IMG/VR virus record: IMGVR_UViG_3300045988_016066
Span: 1-41,798 of that record
Length of the DNA: 41,798 nt
Strand: one strand, 5' to 3'
Source: a virus
Under the pieces are notes generated by a model. That model searched no databases. It was not told the DNA's origin and saw only the letters and a program-made list of their open reading frames with translations. A program made the position numbers and the translations under genes. Of the stretch, positions 9,227 through 17,641 are shown piece by piece; position 1 is the stretch's first letter; every line of letters starts with the position of its first letter.

Positions 9227-9650
9227 GGGACGAAATCACCGCCTTTTCTGCGACACGCGCCCACTTGTCGCCGTTTTTCTTGTAGGATGCGTCCATCCAA
9301 TGGGATTGAGCTTGCGGGTGCATGTCCGTAGTAAAAACAAGGTCTTTCGCCGTCGGAGTGAGCGTTGCGCCCTTGTGCCAGCGCAATCCTACATCCGGTA
9401 TGTTCATTGGGCCTTTACCAGTGGCGGCGTCAACCATGACCTTGCCCTCGTACAGATATCGGGCTTGGTCGCCGGTATAGACGATCTCGTTTCCATCCGT
9501 CCGCGCCATGTTGGAGAAAACGCCCGTCAGCGCAGGGACAAAGGGAATCGTGTCTTTCAGCGCTTGCGTTGCAACAACGATCTCCGCCGCTTTACAGGCG
9601 GATTTGAAGTCTTCCCCGCTCACGGTCTTGATCTTTAGCGTGATCCTCAT
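9219..9650 (-). CDS. Head-tail joining protein (HK97 gp10-like position)
   Basis: 143-aa ORF overlapping its neighbours by 4-8 nt. Confidence 0.6.
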   Translation of the reverse strand: MRITLKIKTVSGEDFKSACKAAEIVVATQALKDTIPFVPALTGVFSNMARTDGNEIVYTGDQARYLYEGKVMVDAATGKGPMNIPDVGLRWHKGATLTPTAKDLVFTTDMHPQAQSHWMDASYKKNGDKWARVAEKAVISSLG

Positions 9651-10084
9651 TTCCCACCGACCTGCCAGTGCATCATATCGCCGCCAAAATCACGGACATC
9701 AACCGTGCTTACGTCAAAGGCATAATCGTATTTCTCTTGCAGCTGCGCAAGGCTCATCATTTCGGAGACCTCGCCTTTGACAAAGTAGGTTGAAGTGGAA
9801 TTGCTATGCCCGCCGCTGTCCAGCGTCCACAAACCCTGTTGGTTCTCCGCCGCATAGAACGCTTTTGGCTCGACATACGTTTTCTTATCCCCGGTCGTAC
9901 TGACCGCATCAACGGAAAAGGGGATGTAAAGAGTAGCGGCGTCAGCGTCGGCAAGCCCCGTCTTTGCAACGTTCGTTCCCTTGGACACATCCAGCAGCAC
10001 CCCACGCAGGATGGTGATGCTGTTGTGCATCTTTAGATCATCGTCCTCATAGGAGTTAAAGACCGTGACAACATGTGGAAACAC
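9647..10084 (-). CDS. Head closure / head-tail joining protein
   Basis: 145-aa ORF in the connector gene block. Confidence 0.6.
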   Translation of the reverse strand: MFPHVVTVFNSYEDDDLKMHNSITILRGVLLDVSKGTNVAKTGLADADAATLYIPFSVDAVSTTGDKKTYVEPKAFYAAENQQGLWTLDSGGHSNSTSTYFVKGEVSEMMSLAQLQEKYDYAFDVSTVDVRDFGGDMMHWQVGGK

Positions 10085-10457
10085 AACGCTGACCTCCTCT
10101 GTATAAAAGCCCCGTCCACGCCAGATAGTCCATGCAGATGTTTTCCAGCGTTTTCCGGGCGGCTTCCGCCGTCTCCGTGCCGCTTGCGTATGTTTTGCTC
10201 CACGCGCCTACGGTCTGGCTCTTGACCTCACCGCCGCTCATGCTCTGCGCTTTGGCGTTCTCAATGATCTGGTACTGTTCCGCCAGCGCACAACAGCACA
10301 TCGCAAGCGCGTTGTCATCGTCCGGATAATCCTTCGCCTTGCCTATCGTGTAATAGTCGATAAAGGAGCTTGCCCGCGTTGCTGCGCGGGCAAACTCCTG
10401 TTCCGTCAGGGCGCTACCGAAATAAGTATCGGTGTAAAACGTGTATGTTGCGTACAT
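10056..10457 (-). CDS. Head-tail connector/adaptor (gp6-like)
   Basis: MYATYTFYTDTYFGSALTEQEFARAATRASSFIDYYT resembles the N-terminus of gp6-like connector proteins. It is the first gene after the major capsid gene. Confidence 0.65.
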   Translation of the reverse strand: MYATYTFYTDTYFGSALTEQEFARAATRASSFIDYYTIGKAKDYPDDDNALAMCCCALAEQYQIIENAKAQSMSGGEVKSQTVGAWSKTYASGTETAEAARKTLENICMDYLAWTGLLYRGGQRCVSTCCHGL

Positions 10458-10475
10458 CTGCGCCCCTCCAGCTTA

Positions 10476-11696
10476 TCAGCCCACGGTAACGGCAGCCGTG
10501 CCGGACTTCGTGCCGTCCTGCTTGGAAGTCGCGGTAACGGTCAGCGCAGTATTCGTCTCGTTGGAGGCGATAGTCAGCGTGCCGTTCTCGTCGATCTTCG
10601 TTCCAGCCTTAACAGCAGCCGTGCCGGAAACACTCCACAGCACGCCATTAGACACCGCACCCTCGCCGGTCACAGCGGCGGAAAATGCCTTGCTAGCGCC
10701 CTTAGCAACGGTAGCGGTGGCCGGGGTTACGGTAACGGTGTTGACCGTACCGGCGGGAGCATAAACCGCGAACGGGCAGTACTTCGACAGGGTGTCGTTG
10801 TACGCCGTCTTCGGGTTCGGGATTTCCCAGCCGAGACGCATAACCGCACGCAGAGCGACCATGTCATTCTGCATGAGGTTGTAAACGATGGAGTTGTCGG
10901 AAGGATCCTGCACAACGCCCTGATCGAAAATCTTAAACGTAATGTCCTGACGGATGGAGTACACCAGCTCCGACCAGTCACCGGCAAACATAAGCGCCTT
11001 GGCAGTGTCAAAAGCGCCGTTGCGCGGGAAGTACATAGGAGAGCCGTCCAGCGCATAAGGCGTCGCGCCCTGCATATCGGTTTTGAAGATGGGATTGCCG
11101 TTCAGGTCTTTCAGACCGCGCAGCTTCGCGCGCATCTGGATAGCGGACATAATGCCGTTGACGAGATAGCCGCTCTCTTCGACCTTGGCAATCACGCCGC
11201 CCTCGGCGAGAAGGTCGTCATAAATGTACGGCGTCGCCGCCACGACGGAACCGGCCTTCGTGCAAGTCTCAAGGACGCTATCGCGCCAAGAGGTGGGCTT
11301 GTTCGTACCGAACAGGATAGCACCGTCAATGACCTTGCCGAACGCCTCGACCAGACGCGGGCGGACTTCGCCCCAGATGTCATAGTCGGCGTCGTCAAGC
11401 ACCGCCTCCGGAATGGGGACGATGACGGCGATCTCTTCGGCATAGATTTTCTTCTTGTCCCACTTCATCTTAGTGGTCTGCTTCATGCCGGTATCGCCGT
11501 TCACGAAGTAGGCGGTGGGAAGCATGTCCAGAACGTTCATCGTCTGGGTCTTGCTCGTCATGTTGGGGAGGCGGCGTCCCATCTGGAGGACGGCGCTGCC
11601 CTCGGTCACGCCCTGGATGATCTCACGGGTGACAGGTTCCGGGATAAGCCCGGAAAGGTCAGTTCTGTTTACAATGTTAGTAGCCATATTAGTCAT
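10476..11696 (-). CDS. Major capsid protein (HK97 fold) with C-terminal Ig-like (Big_2-type) domain
   Basis: 406 aa. N-terminal ~310 aa are typical of an HK97-family MCP (LPNMTSKTQTMNVLDMLPTAYFV...EEIAVIVPIPEAVLDDADYDIW). C-terminal ~90 aa are TVTVTPATATVAKGASKAFSAAVTGEG...VLWSVSG...TVTATSKQDGTKSGTAAVTVG. Confidence 0.9.
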   Translation of the reverse strand: MTNMATNIVNRTDLSGLIPEPVTREIIQGVTEGSAVLQMGRRLPNMTSKTQTMNVLDMLPTAYFVNGDTGMKQTTKMKWDKKKIYAEEIAVIVPIPEAVLDDADYDIWGEVRPRLVEAFGKVIDGAILFGTNKPTSWRDSVLETCTKAGSVVAATPYIYDDLLAEGGVIAKVEESGYLVNGIMSAIQMRAKLRGLKDLNGNPIFKTDMQGATPYALDGSPMYFPRNGAFDTAKALMFAGDWSELVYSIRQDITFKIFDQGVVQDPSDNSIVYNLMQNDMVALRAVMRLGWEIPNPKTAYNDTLSKYCPFAVYAPAGTVNTVTVTPATATVAKGASKAFSAAVTGEGAVSNGVLWSVSGTAAVKAGTKIDENGTLTIASNETNTALTVTATSKQDGTKSGTAAVTVG

Positions 11697-11712
11697 GTTT
11701 ACCTCACAATTC

Positions 11713-12213
11713 TCATTTAAATTTGCCCCGAATAAGGGCGTTCATAGCGTCGTTCGTGCCATTAGCACTGTTGGCGCTGTTGCCGACGTGCGCGGACATA
11801 TCCACACGCACGGAGGCGGGTTTGCGATCTTTCAGAAACTCGTCGGCTGCCTTTTCAAAGCTCACCGTGTCCGTCACTTTCTGCCCGATCTTAAAGCAGT
11901 AAAATTCCAGCTCATCAGCCGAAACGCCTTTTGCGGTCAGATACTTTTCCCTCTCAAACTGCGTAACCTTCGCTTCGGCGGCAAGTCGCGCCGCCTTTTC
12001 GGTGTCGCGCTCTTTTTCAATGCCCTTGAGCTTGTCCGCTTCGCTCTGCTGATTGGCTTTCCAAGCCTTGTAAGCGTTCATTTCTTCCTCGCTGGGCATT
12101 CCTTTGGTTGCCCGTGCGAGACGCTTTGCAACGATGCTGTCTACCTCGGCCTGTGTAAAAGTAGCCTCGTTCCCGCCCTCGGCGGTGTTTGGATTGGTAT
12201 TCGGTTCTGCCAT
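11713..12213 (-). CDS. Capsid scaffolding protein
   Basis: Start trimmed to the ATG at 12213 (GGAGGAA 4 nt upstream). 166 aa, charged and helical (FTQAEVDSIVAKRLARATKG...EKERDTEKAARLAAEAKVTQFEREKY). Lies immediately upstream of the MCP gene. Confidence 0.75.
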   Translation of the reverse strand: MAEPNTNPNTAEGGNEATFTQAEVDSIVAKRLARATKGMPSEEEMNAYKAWKANQQSEADKLKGIEKERDTEKAARLAAEAKVTQFEREKYLTAKGVSADELEFYCFKIGQKVTDTVSFEKAADEFLKDRKPASVRVDMSAHVGNSANSANGTNDAMNALIRGKFK

Positions 12214-12219
12214 GATGAT

Positions 12220-12265
12220 TCCTCCGTTTTCCGCCCGTCGGCGTATTCCGTTTATGCCCGTCGGC
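12220..12265. repeat. Tandem ~23-bp direct repeat overlapping the scaffold gene RBS
   Basis: On the minus strand GCCGACGGGC-N3-AACGGA occurs twice: gccgacgggcataaacggaatac and gccgacgggcggaaaacggagga. Confidence 0.8.
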
Positions 12266-12305
12266 AAACAAAAAAGGAGCCTATCTCCGTTGAGACAAAC
12301 TCCTT
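12266..12305 (-). terminator. Terminator-like hairpin inside the head operon
   Basis: Minus strand reads aaggag-tttgTCTCaacgGAGAtaggc-ctcctt followed by ttttgtttg. Confidence 0.5.
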
Positions 12306-12477
12306 GAATGTTTATATATGCATGGCCGCTGTTGAGCAGTAGCGGCGCGGTATTTGTATCCCCCTCCGCAGGGGCAAGACAGAGGGAAAGGAAGGAAACC
12401 TCTGCCAAAGCAAGACCGTTATTTCTGTACCCGCCACAAGGTTAGGCGGCGCTCTCTGTTATGCTTTTATCGTTGGT

Positions 12478-13710
12478 TTATTTATTGGCCGCTTTCTGCG
12501 CCTCTCGCGCTTCTTTCGGCCCGAACTCTGCGATGTTTCCGCGCTCGTATTGTGGCCGCAATCCTGCCGCCTTGCTGAAAGCCTCGTATTCCTCGTTTAG
12601 ACGACGATACCGCACAGCCTTTGTGGTATACTCCTCATCGTCTCCGCGCCCCTTGGCGGCTATCAGCTCTCGTTTAACTTTACGCAGGGACGCTTCGACC
12701 TGTCTCTGCTTTTGTGTCGCCTCGTAAAAGGTGTATTGCTTGCCTTCAAACTCAAAAGGCGGCGGGTCGATGTTCTCCAATTCCTCATCGGTGTATGTCC
12801 GCTCGGAAACGCCCTCAATCCAGATGTGGTACATATGGCGGCAGTTAGCGCCACACAAGCCGTCCACCTCGTCAAGACCGCAGACCTCATATATAGACGG
12901 GTAAATATCGCCGGTACGGACGGAATAAATGCGCCCCTGCCATTTCTTGTGGCTCGCCCATGGCGTTTTACCCTCTCCATCTCGTGCCCCACGGTGCGCC
13001 GTAACCTCTCTGTACGGAGTGTCAAGCAACGTCGCCGTCTGCTCCGTGTACTGCCGGGAAAGCTGGGTAACGCCCGTCATAACAGCTCTGCGGGCGGCAA
13101 CGTCAACGCGGTTATGCCAGCCGGATTCATAGTCAACGTACTGCAAGCCGCTGTCCGTCAGCATCTTAGTTGCATCGCGGATCGCCACGTTATAGCTCTG
13201 CCCGCTCTCCACGCGCATCAAGGCGTCGTCAAGCACGCGCTGGTACATCCTTCCTATATCATCGACCTTTACCGTACCGTCCGGCGCTCTGTACGCAAAG
13301 CCCATGCTGCGGGTAATGTTCGTCAGTTCTCCGAGCGTCTGCATCTCGATAGCCCGTATCTCCTGCATGAACAGGTCGGCATTGAAATTGTTTTCGCCGA
13401 GAATAAGGTTGTCGTCGATCAGCGTATCAAAATACTGCTGGTTTCGTTGGACAGCCTTGTTCCATACGGTGTCAAACTCGCTCTGCGTGAGCTTTAGGGT
13501 CTTTTGGATATACTCATTGATTTTCTTGTAATCGTATCCCCGCCGCTGCAAAGACCGTATATGCTCTATCGCCGTCTCCGTCATTTCTCCGGTCATGGCA
13601 ACACGGGAGCATATGTCCTCAAGGATTTGCTCTTCTAAACGCTGATATAGCCGCATAAGCGGCAGGGGCAGGGAGTACATAAACTCCGGCGTGATTGGAT
13701 ATTTTGCCAT
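12478..13710 (-). CDS. Minor capsid / head morphogenesis protein (Phage_min_cap2-like, SPP1 gp7/MuF position)
   Basis: 410 aa, directly after the portal gene with a 1-nt overlap. Motifs: ...GWHNRVDVAARRAVMTGVTQLS...VTAHRGARDGEG...GLCGANCRH. Confidence 0.8.
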   Translation of the reverse strand: MAKYPITPEFMYSLPLPLMRLYQRLEEQILEDICSRVAMTGEMTETAIEHIRSLQRRGYDYKKINEYIQKTLKLTQSEFDTVWNKAVQRNQQYFDTLIDDNLILGENNFNADLFMQEIRAIEMQTLGELTNITRSMGFAYRAPDGTVKVDDIGRMYQRVLDDALMRVESGQSYNVAIRDATKMLTDSGLQYVDYESGWHNRVDVAARRAVMTGVTQLSRQYTEQTATLLDTPYREVTAHRGARDGEGKTPWASHKKWQGRIYSVRTGDIYPSIYEVCGLDEVDGLCGANCRHMYHIWIEGVSERTYTDEELENIDPPPFEFEGKQYTFYEATQKQRQVEASLRKVKRELIAAKGRGDDEEYTTKAVRYRRLNEEYEAFSKAAGLRPQYERGNIAEFGPKEAREAQKAANK

Positions 13711-15125
13711 TACTCATCGCCCGATACAAGGCTCTCCATCTGCGGCAGGGCGGCTTTTGCCGTTGCCTCGTCCTCATTCATATAACGCATACGAAACTCA
13801 TACGGCTGCATGATCCCCATCTGCACCATACGCGCATCTCGGTTAAACTCCGATTCCTTGTCCTCAATGATGGAATCGTCGAAATCAACCGTGATCTCAA
13901 CGTCCTCATTCAGCCCGGCATTCATATAAGCATTGCCCATTCGGAGAAGAACGCGGCACAGCTCAATGAGAACGCTTTCAAGGATGATCTCGTGCTTTTT
14001 GATCGTGCGGAACATCTCGGAGTTTTCGCTTATAATCTGCGTCGCTGTGGAGACGTTGCCATTGTCGTATTTGTAATGGTTCTCGCCAAAGCCACACTTG
14101 CTCGACAGGAGATTTAACATGTCCTGAATACCGGCGTTGTGTTCCGCCGTGCGGAGGTTCATGTTGATCTCTTTGATGATGTCGCCGTCCTGCCCGTCAG
14201 CGGGAAGAACGTAGAAAACAACGTCGCTCGTGTCAAAGAGCGGCTCGCCCGTGTGGAAATTCTTTGTTGCCTGCGGTTTGAGCATGACGCGCTTCTTGCC
14301 AAGCTGGAACTCGTTCACATAGCTGTCGTATGTCAGGTCAACGCCCTTTAGCTGATCTATGGCGTTCGCAAATACCGAAATGCCCATCGGCAGGGTTGCG
14401 TCAACGTTATTTACGATGTTCAGCCGGTCAATAACAAACATCCGCTGCGTGAACGGTGTATGCACGACCGGAGCTACATTTTCAAACCCCGGCACATCGG
14501 CAAGTTTCACCTCCGACAGGCTGCCCTTTGTGTCACGATACAAAAGGTTTTCGATGTCGTATGTGCCCTTTTCCGTCCGCTTGTGGATACAGATATAAAG
14601 GTAAGTGTCTTTCTTGACTGCCTTGTGAGAGCCGAACGCGCATTCGGTAACAATGCCGTTCTCCCATGTAAGGGGAAGGATAAGGTCAGCCGGGACATAG
14701 TCAATGCGGATCTCCCCGCCGCTGCCGTTCACCTTGCCCGTCTGCTCATCAACGGACGCATTAACGACCGTCGGAACATAAGCAACCGTGCCGCGAGCCG
14801 CCTTTATCTCCTGCATCTCGTTCGATTTGACGGTGAAGTTGTTCCGCTCAAAAACGGAATCAATGAAGTTCTGCTCTTTCTCCCCCTCAAGCGTTATCTT
14901 GCACTTTTCGTTCAGCAAGAGGTTCGCCCAGTCCTCGCAGACCTTTTTCGCCATGCCGAGAGAGTATAGGCGGCACGGGACGTACTTCATGCCGTTCCAG
15001 ATGCGGTACCGGTGGAATTGCTTCACGTAACCATCGTACCAGCTCTTCCAATTCTCTATGTAAGTGTAAAACTCTTCCGGTACGGTGGTGTACCCCCGTG
15101 CCAGCAAAACCTCGTAAATGTTCAT
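13710..15125 (-). CDS. Portal protein (SPP1 Gp6-like)
   Basis: 471 aa, abuts the TerL stop. N-terminus is YTYIENWKSWYDGYVKQFHRYRIWNGMKYVPCRLYSLGMAKKVCEDWANLLLNEK. Confidence 0.9.
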   Translation of the reverse strand: MNIYEVLLARGYTTVPEEFYTYIENWKSWYDGYVKQFHRYRIWNGMKYVPCRLYSLGMAKKVCEDWANLLLNEKCKITLEGEKEQNFIDSVFERNNFTVKSNEMQEIKAARGTVAYVPTVVNASVDEQTGKVNGSGGEIRIDYVPADLILPLTWENGIVTECAFGSHKAVKKDTYLYICIHKRTEKGTYDIENLLYRDTKGSLSEVKLADVPGFENVAPVVHTPFTQRMFVIDRLNIVNNVDATLPMGISVFANAIDQLKGVDLTYDSYVNEFQLGKKRVMLKPQATKNFHTGEPLFDTSDVVFYVLPADGQDGDIIKEINMNLRTAEHNAGIQDMLNLLSSKCGFGENHYKYDNGNVSTATQIISENSEMFRTIKKHEIILESVLIELCRVLLRMGNAYMNAGLNEDVEITVDFDDSIIEDKESEFNRDARMVQMGIMQPYEFRMRYMNEDEATAKAALPQMESLVSGDE

Positions 15126-16700
15126 TTATGCTTTCACTCCGTACAATCTGAAAACTTTCTCGAGCGCATAGCGCGTGCTGTCTATGGTGTGGTTGTCCTT
15201 GTCCGGGTATCCGCTTATCACATTTCCGTCCCGGTCTCGCTCAAATTCGTAATTTACAAACTCTCGGTAAACCGTCGGCGTCCTCTCCGGGTCAATAATG
15301 AGTTTTCGGTTTTGTAACCACTTCATCCCGTACTCGACGCTCCCCGGCCCCTTGATTGCCGAAAAAGCGTTTACACCGCTCGCCCGGAAGTCCGCAACGC
15401 TCTTCGGCTCCGCGCTATCGCAAGTCACGGGGAAATCGTCATATCCTCGGCTCTTTATCCACTCGGCATTGTCCGCGTTGCTCGTCTTGTTGTTGCAATG
15501 CTCATCAATAAAATATATCGTCTCATGCGCTACATCATAATGAACACGCACAAAGGCGAAAATGTCCGGGTAATATCCCCAGTCAACGCCTTGGTATATC
15601 CGGTCGAAGTGCTTTATCTCGTCGTCCGTTATCCGTCTTGCCTCTATGTTATCAAAAACGTTGCCGCCGTCGCCGTTCGGGATGCCGAGATATTCATGCT
15701 CGTATGCCGACGGATTAACCTCTTTCAGATGTTCAGCGTCGTTGAGAAACATCGTTCCGAGCCATTCGGCGGGAGCGTCCATATAGGTCGAGTGATGGAC
15801 AATGCGGTTTTTGTCCGGCTCTAAAAGCTGCTGATTCACCCAGTTTGCGCGGCTCTTTGGCGGGTTGTACGATCCGAAGAAATAGGAATCTACACCGCCG
15901 CGGAGTACCGATTGCTTAACGCTTCGTTCTTCTGCTGCACCGGCGAGCTGGTCTCGTTCCTCTATCCAGAGAATCCCTATATACCCGAATGGCGGCTTTA
16001 TTGATTTCAGCTTTACCGGATCGTCGCAACCTCGAAAATAAATCTTTTGCCCGGTCTTCTTGAGCGTGATCTCCGGCGGGTGGGTTTTGAAATCAAACTC
16101 GTTAGAAATCCCCATCTCGTTTATCGCCCATTGGATTTGAGAAAACACACTGTCCTTTAACGTGTTCGTCTGCTTTCGCACAACACAGGCGTGCATCATG
16201 GGGTTGTTTTTCAAAAGCTCCGTGAGCTTTTCCGATATATACGTCGATTTCAAGCCGCCGCGTCCGCCCTCAAAGATATAGTCCTTGTTCGGCTCGATCT
16301 GCCGGTTGATGTCAACAAACGCCTTGCCGATAAGGTCAGCGGGAATCCTGCACGGCTTATCCTCTGCCGCTGCGTCGTTTGTCCAGTTTTCCCACCGGTC
16401 AACAGCTCTGTCATCGCCGCTTATCGCCTTGCCGTATACGCCAGCGACAATGGCGGCATTACATGTCATATCCTCGTCGTCTATTGCAAGCCCTGTCCGC
16501 TGAATCTGCCCTTTCAGCTTTTCCGGCGCGGGCTGCTGCGCTATCGACTTTGCGAGGCTTGCAAGGCTCTTGTTAGCCCTCTTGGTCTCGCCTGAGGCTA
16601 TGCCGCCCTTTCGTCCATTTCTCGCGGCTTTCTCGCGGCTTTGATTCGCCGTGAACGCGTTCTTTTTTAAGTTCTCGTCCTGTTTGGGATTGCGTGGCAT
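15126..16700 (-). CDS. terL: Terminase large subunit (PBSX/Terminase_3-like) with ~110-aa TerS-like N-terminal extension
   Basis: Walker A is FEGGRGGLKS; also ...LWIEERDQ and a C-terminal nuclease region. N-terminus MPRNPKQDENLKK...NGRKGGIASGETKR...AIVAGVYGKAISGDDRAVDRW resembles small-terminase N-termini. Confidence 0.9.
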   Translation of the reverse strand: MPRNPKQDENLKKNAFTANQSREKAARNGRKGGIASGETKRANKSLASLAKSIAQQPAPEKLKGQIQRTGLAIDDEDMTCNAAIVAGVYGKAISGDDRAVDRWENWTNDAAAEDKPCRIPADLIGKAFVDINRQIEPNKDYIFEGGRGGLKSTYISEKLTELLKNNPMMHACVVRKQTNTLKDSVFSQIQWAINEMGISNEFDFKTHPPEITLKKTGQKIYFRGCDDPVKLKSIKPPFGYIGILWIEERDQLAGAAEERSVKQSVLRGGVDSYFFGSYNPPKSRANWVNQQLLEPDKNRIVHHSTYMDAPAEWLGTMFLNDAEHLKEVNPSAYEHEYLGIPNGDGGNVFDNIEARRITDDEIKHFDRIYQGVDWGYYPDIFAFVRVHYDVAHETIYFIDEHCNNKTSNADNAEWIKSRGYDDFPVTCDSAEPKSVADFRASGVNAFSAIKGPGSVEYGMKWLQNRKLIIDPERTPTVYREFVNYEFERDRDGNVISGYPDKDNHTIDSTRYALEKVFRLYGVKA

Positions 16701-16712
16701 GCCCTCCCTCCC

Positions 16713-16744
16713 TTGAAAATGAAAAAGCCGCGTAATGCGGCTTT
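16713..16744 (-). terminator. Intrinsic terminator 12 nt upstream of the TerL start codon
   Basis: Minus strand reads AAAGCCGC-attac-GCGGCTTT followed by ttcattttc. Only the RBS gggagggaggg separates it from the ATG at 16700. Confidence 0.8.
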
Positions 16745-16748
16745 GCTG

Positions 16749-17111
16749 TTATTTTTTGTACTTGTACCACGGCGATTTCTTTGTCGCCGCGTCTATGTTT
16801 CTATCTTCCCACCATTTAAGGTCTTTTTGCGCTTCTTTCGTCCTGCCGTTAAGCAAGTGTCTTGTCGCGCTGTATACAAGATCGTAATACAAGCGGTCTT
16901 GGCTGTACCGGGAATCGGCATAACGAATGTAAGCATCGGTAGCCCCGTAAAGTGCTTTCGTCGTTTCCGGCTTTGCCGTTATCTCGCCGTCTTTTATCGC
17001 TTTGTAAATCGTTCCCGCTTCTTTTCGGGTGATTTATCCGTGTTTATACGGTGTGTATTCTACTTTATCGCGCTTCGGAGAAATCCCGCTTGACGCCCCA
17101 CGCCCGCCCAT
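16749..17111 (-). pseudogene. Third MGGRGAxSG-family gene, interrupted by an in-frame TAA after codon 25
   Basis: ATG at 17111 gives MGGRGASSGISPKRDKVEYTPYKHG, then TAA at 17036..17034. The same frame stays open for 94 further codons with no Met (ITRKEAGTIYKAIKDGEITAKPE...WWEDRNIDAATKKSPWYKYKK) up to the TAA at 16751..16749. Confidence 0.6.
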
Positions 17112-17127
17112 TTTGTCACACCCTTCG

Positions 17128-17166
17128 TAAAATAAAATTCGCCGTTCTGAATTATCAAAACGGCGA
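17128..17166 (-). terminator. Intrinsic terminator after the second MGGRGAxSG gene
   Basis: Minus strand reads TCGCCGTT-ttgataattcag-AACGGCGA followed by attttatttta. The loop and tail also contain a possible TTGATA-18-TATTTT promoter. Confidence 0.65.
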
Positions 17167-17248
17167 TTGCTATTAAATTAAATAAAATGGCAAGCGGGCG
17201 GATTTCAACCGCCATCTCCGCTTTCGCGGCGTTTTCACTCGTAAACTA

Positions 17249-17641
17249 CTACTTGCCGCTTCTATTATTCCACACGCTTTTTACCCTGTCAACCAGCTTC
17301 TTTTCTTTTGCGCTCAGTTTCTTGGTTCCATGTTCATCATGGATGTAACCGTAGTGTGTATGCTCTTTTTCGCTCTTGCCATCGATAAAGTGCGGTTGCC
17401 CATTAAGGTCAATCGTTTTATATCGTTTGTTCTCTTTGTCGTAAAAAGAAATAAATTTTATTACATCCAGCCTGTTAACCGTAACGTATATGCGTCTTCT
17501 CGTCTGCGTCTCAAGCGGAGCTGTTGCACTGCCGGAAAGCTGGTATTTTACAAACTTAATGTTTCCATCCTGCAATATCGTTTTGTACTCGCTGCCGTAT
17601 GGGTGCTTTCCTGTGCCGCTTGCTGCGCCTCTGCCGCCCAC
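17249..17641 (-). CDS. MGGRGAxSG-family protein 2 (130 aa), function unknown
   Basis: GTG start overlapping the upstream TAG by 1 nt. MGGRGAASGTGKHPYGSEYKTILQDGNIKFVKYQL...HTHYGYIHDEHG. Confidence 0.75.
   Translation of the reverse strand: MGGRGAASGTGKHPYGSEYKTILQDGNIKFVKYQLSGSATAPLETQTRRRIYVTVNRLDVIKFISFYDKENKRYKTIDLNGQPHFIDGKSEKEHTHYGYIHDEHGTKKLSAKEKKLVDRVKSVWNNRSGK

Noticed and set aside
5895-12342. Other long antisense ORFs, e.g. 5895..6674 (+), 6693..7112 (+), 11515..12342 (+), 12712..13497 (+), 14460..14969 (+)
   Set aside because: They lie opposite the tape measure, capsid, minor capsid and portal genes, which have clear family signatures. There is no independent start context.
12214-12477. 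tRNA or tmRNA gene in the head-operon gap
   Set aside because: I could not draw a cloverleaf, there is no GTTCGAATC-type T-loop, and there is no acceptor stem pairing. I treat the region as a structured leader or terminator instead. A tRNAscan/Infernal run would settle this.
16713-17093. Plus-strand ORF 16713..17093 (126 aa)
   Set aside because: It is antisense to the interrupted MGGRGAxSG paralog and spans a terminator hairpin. The translation is hydrophobic and Arg-rich shadow sequence.
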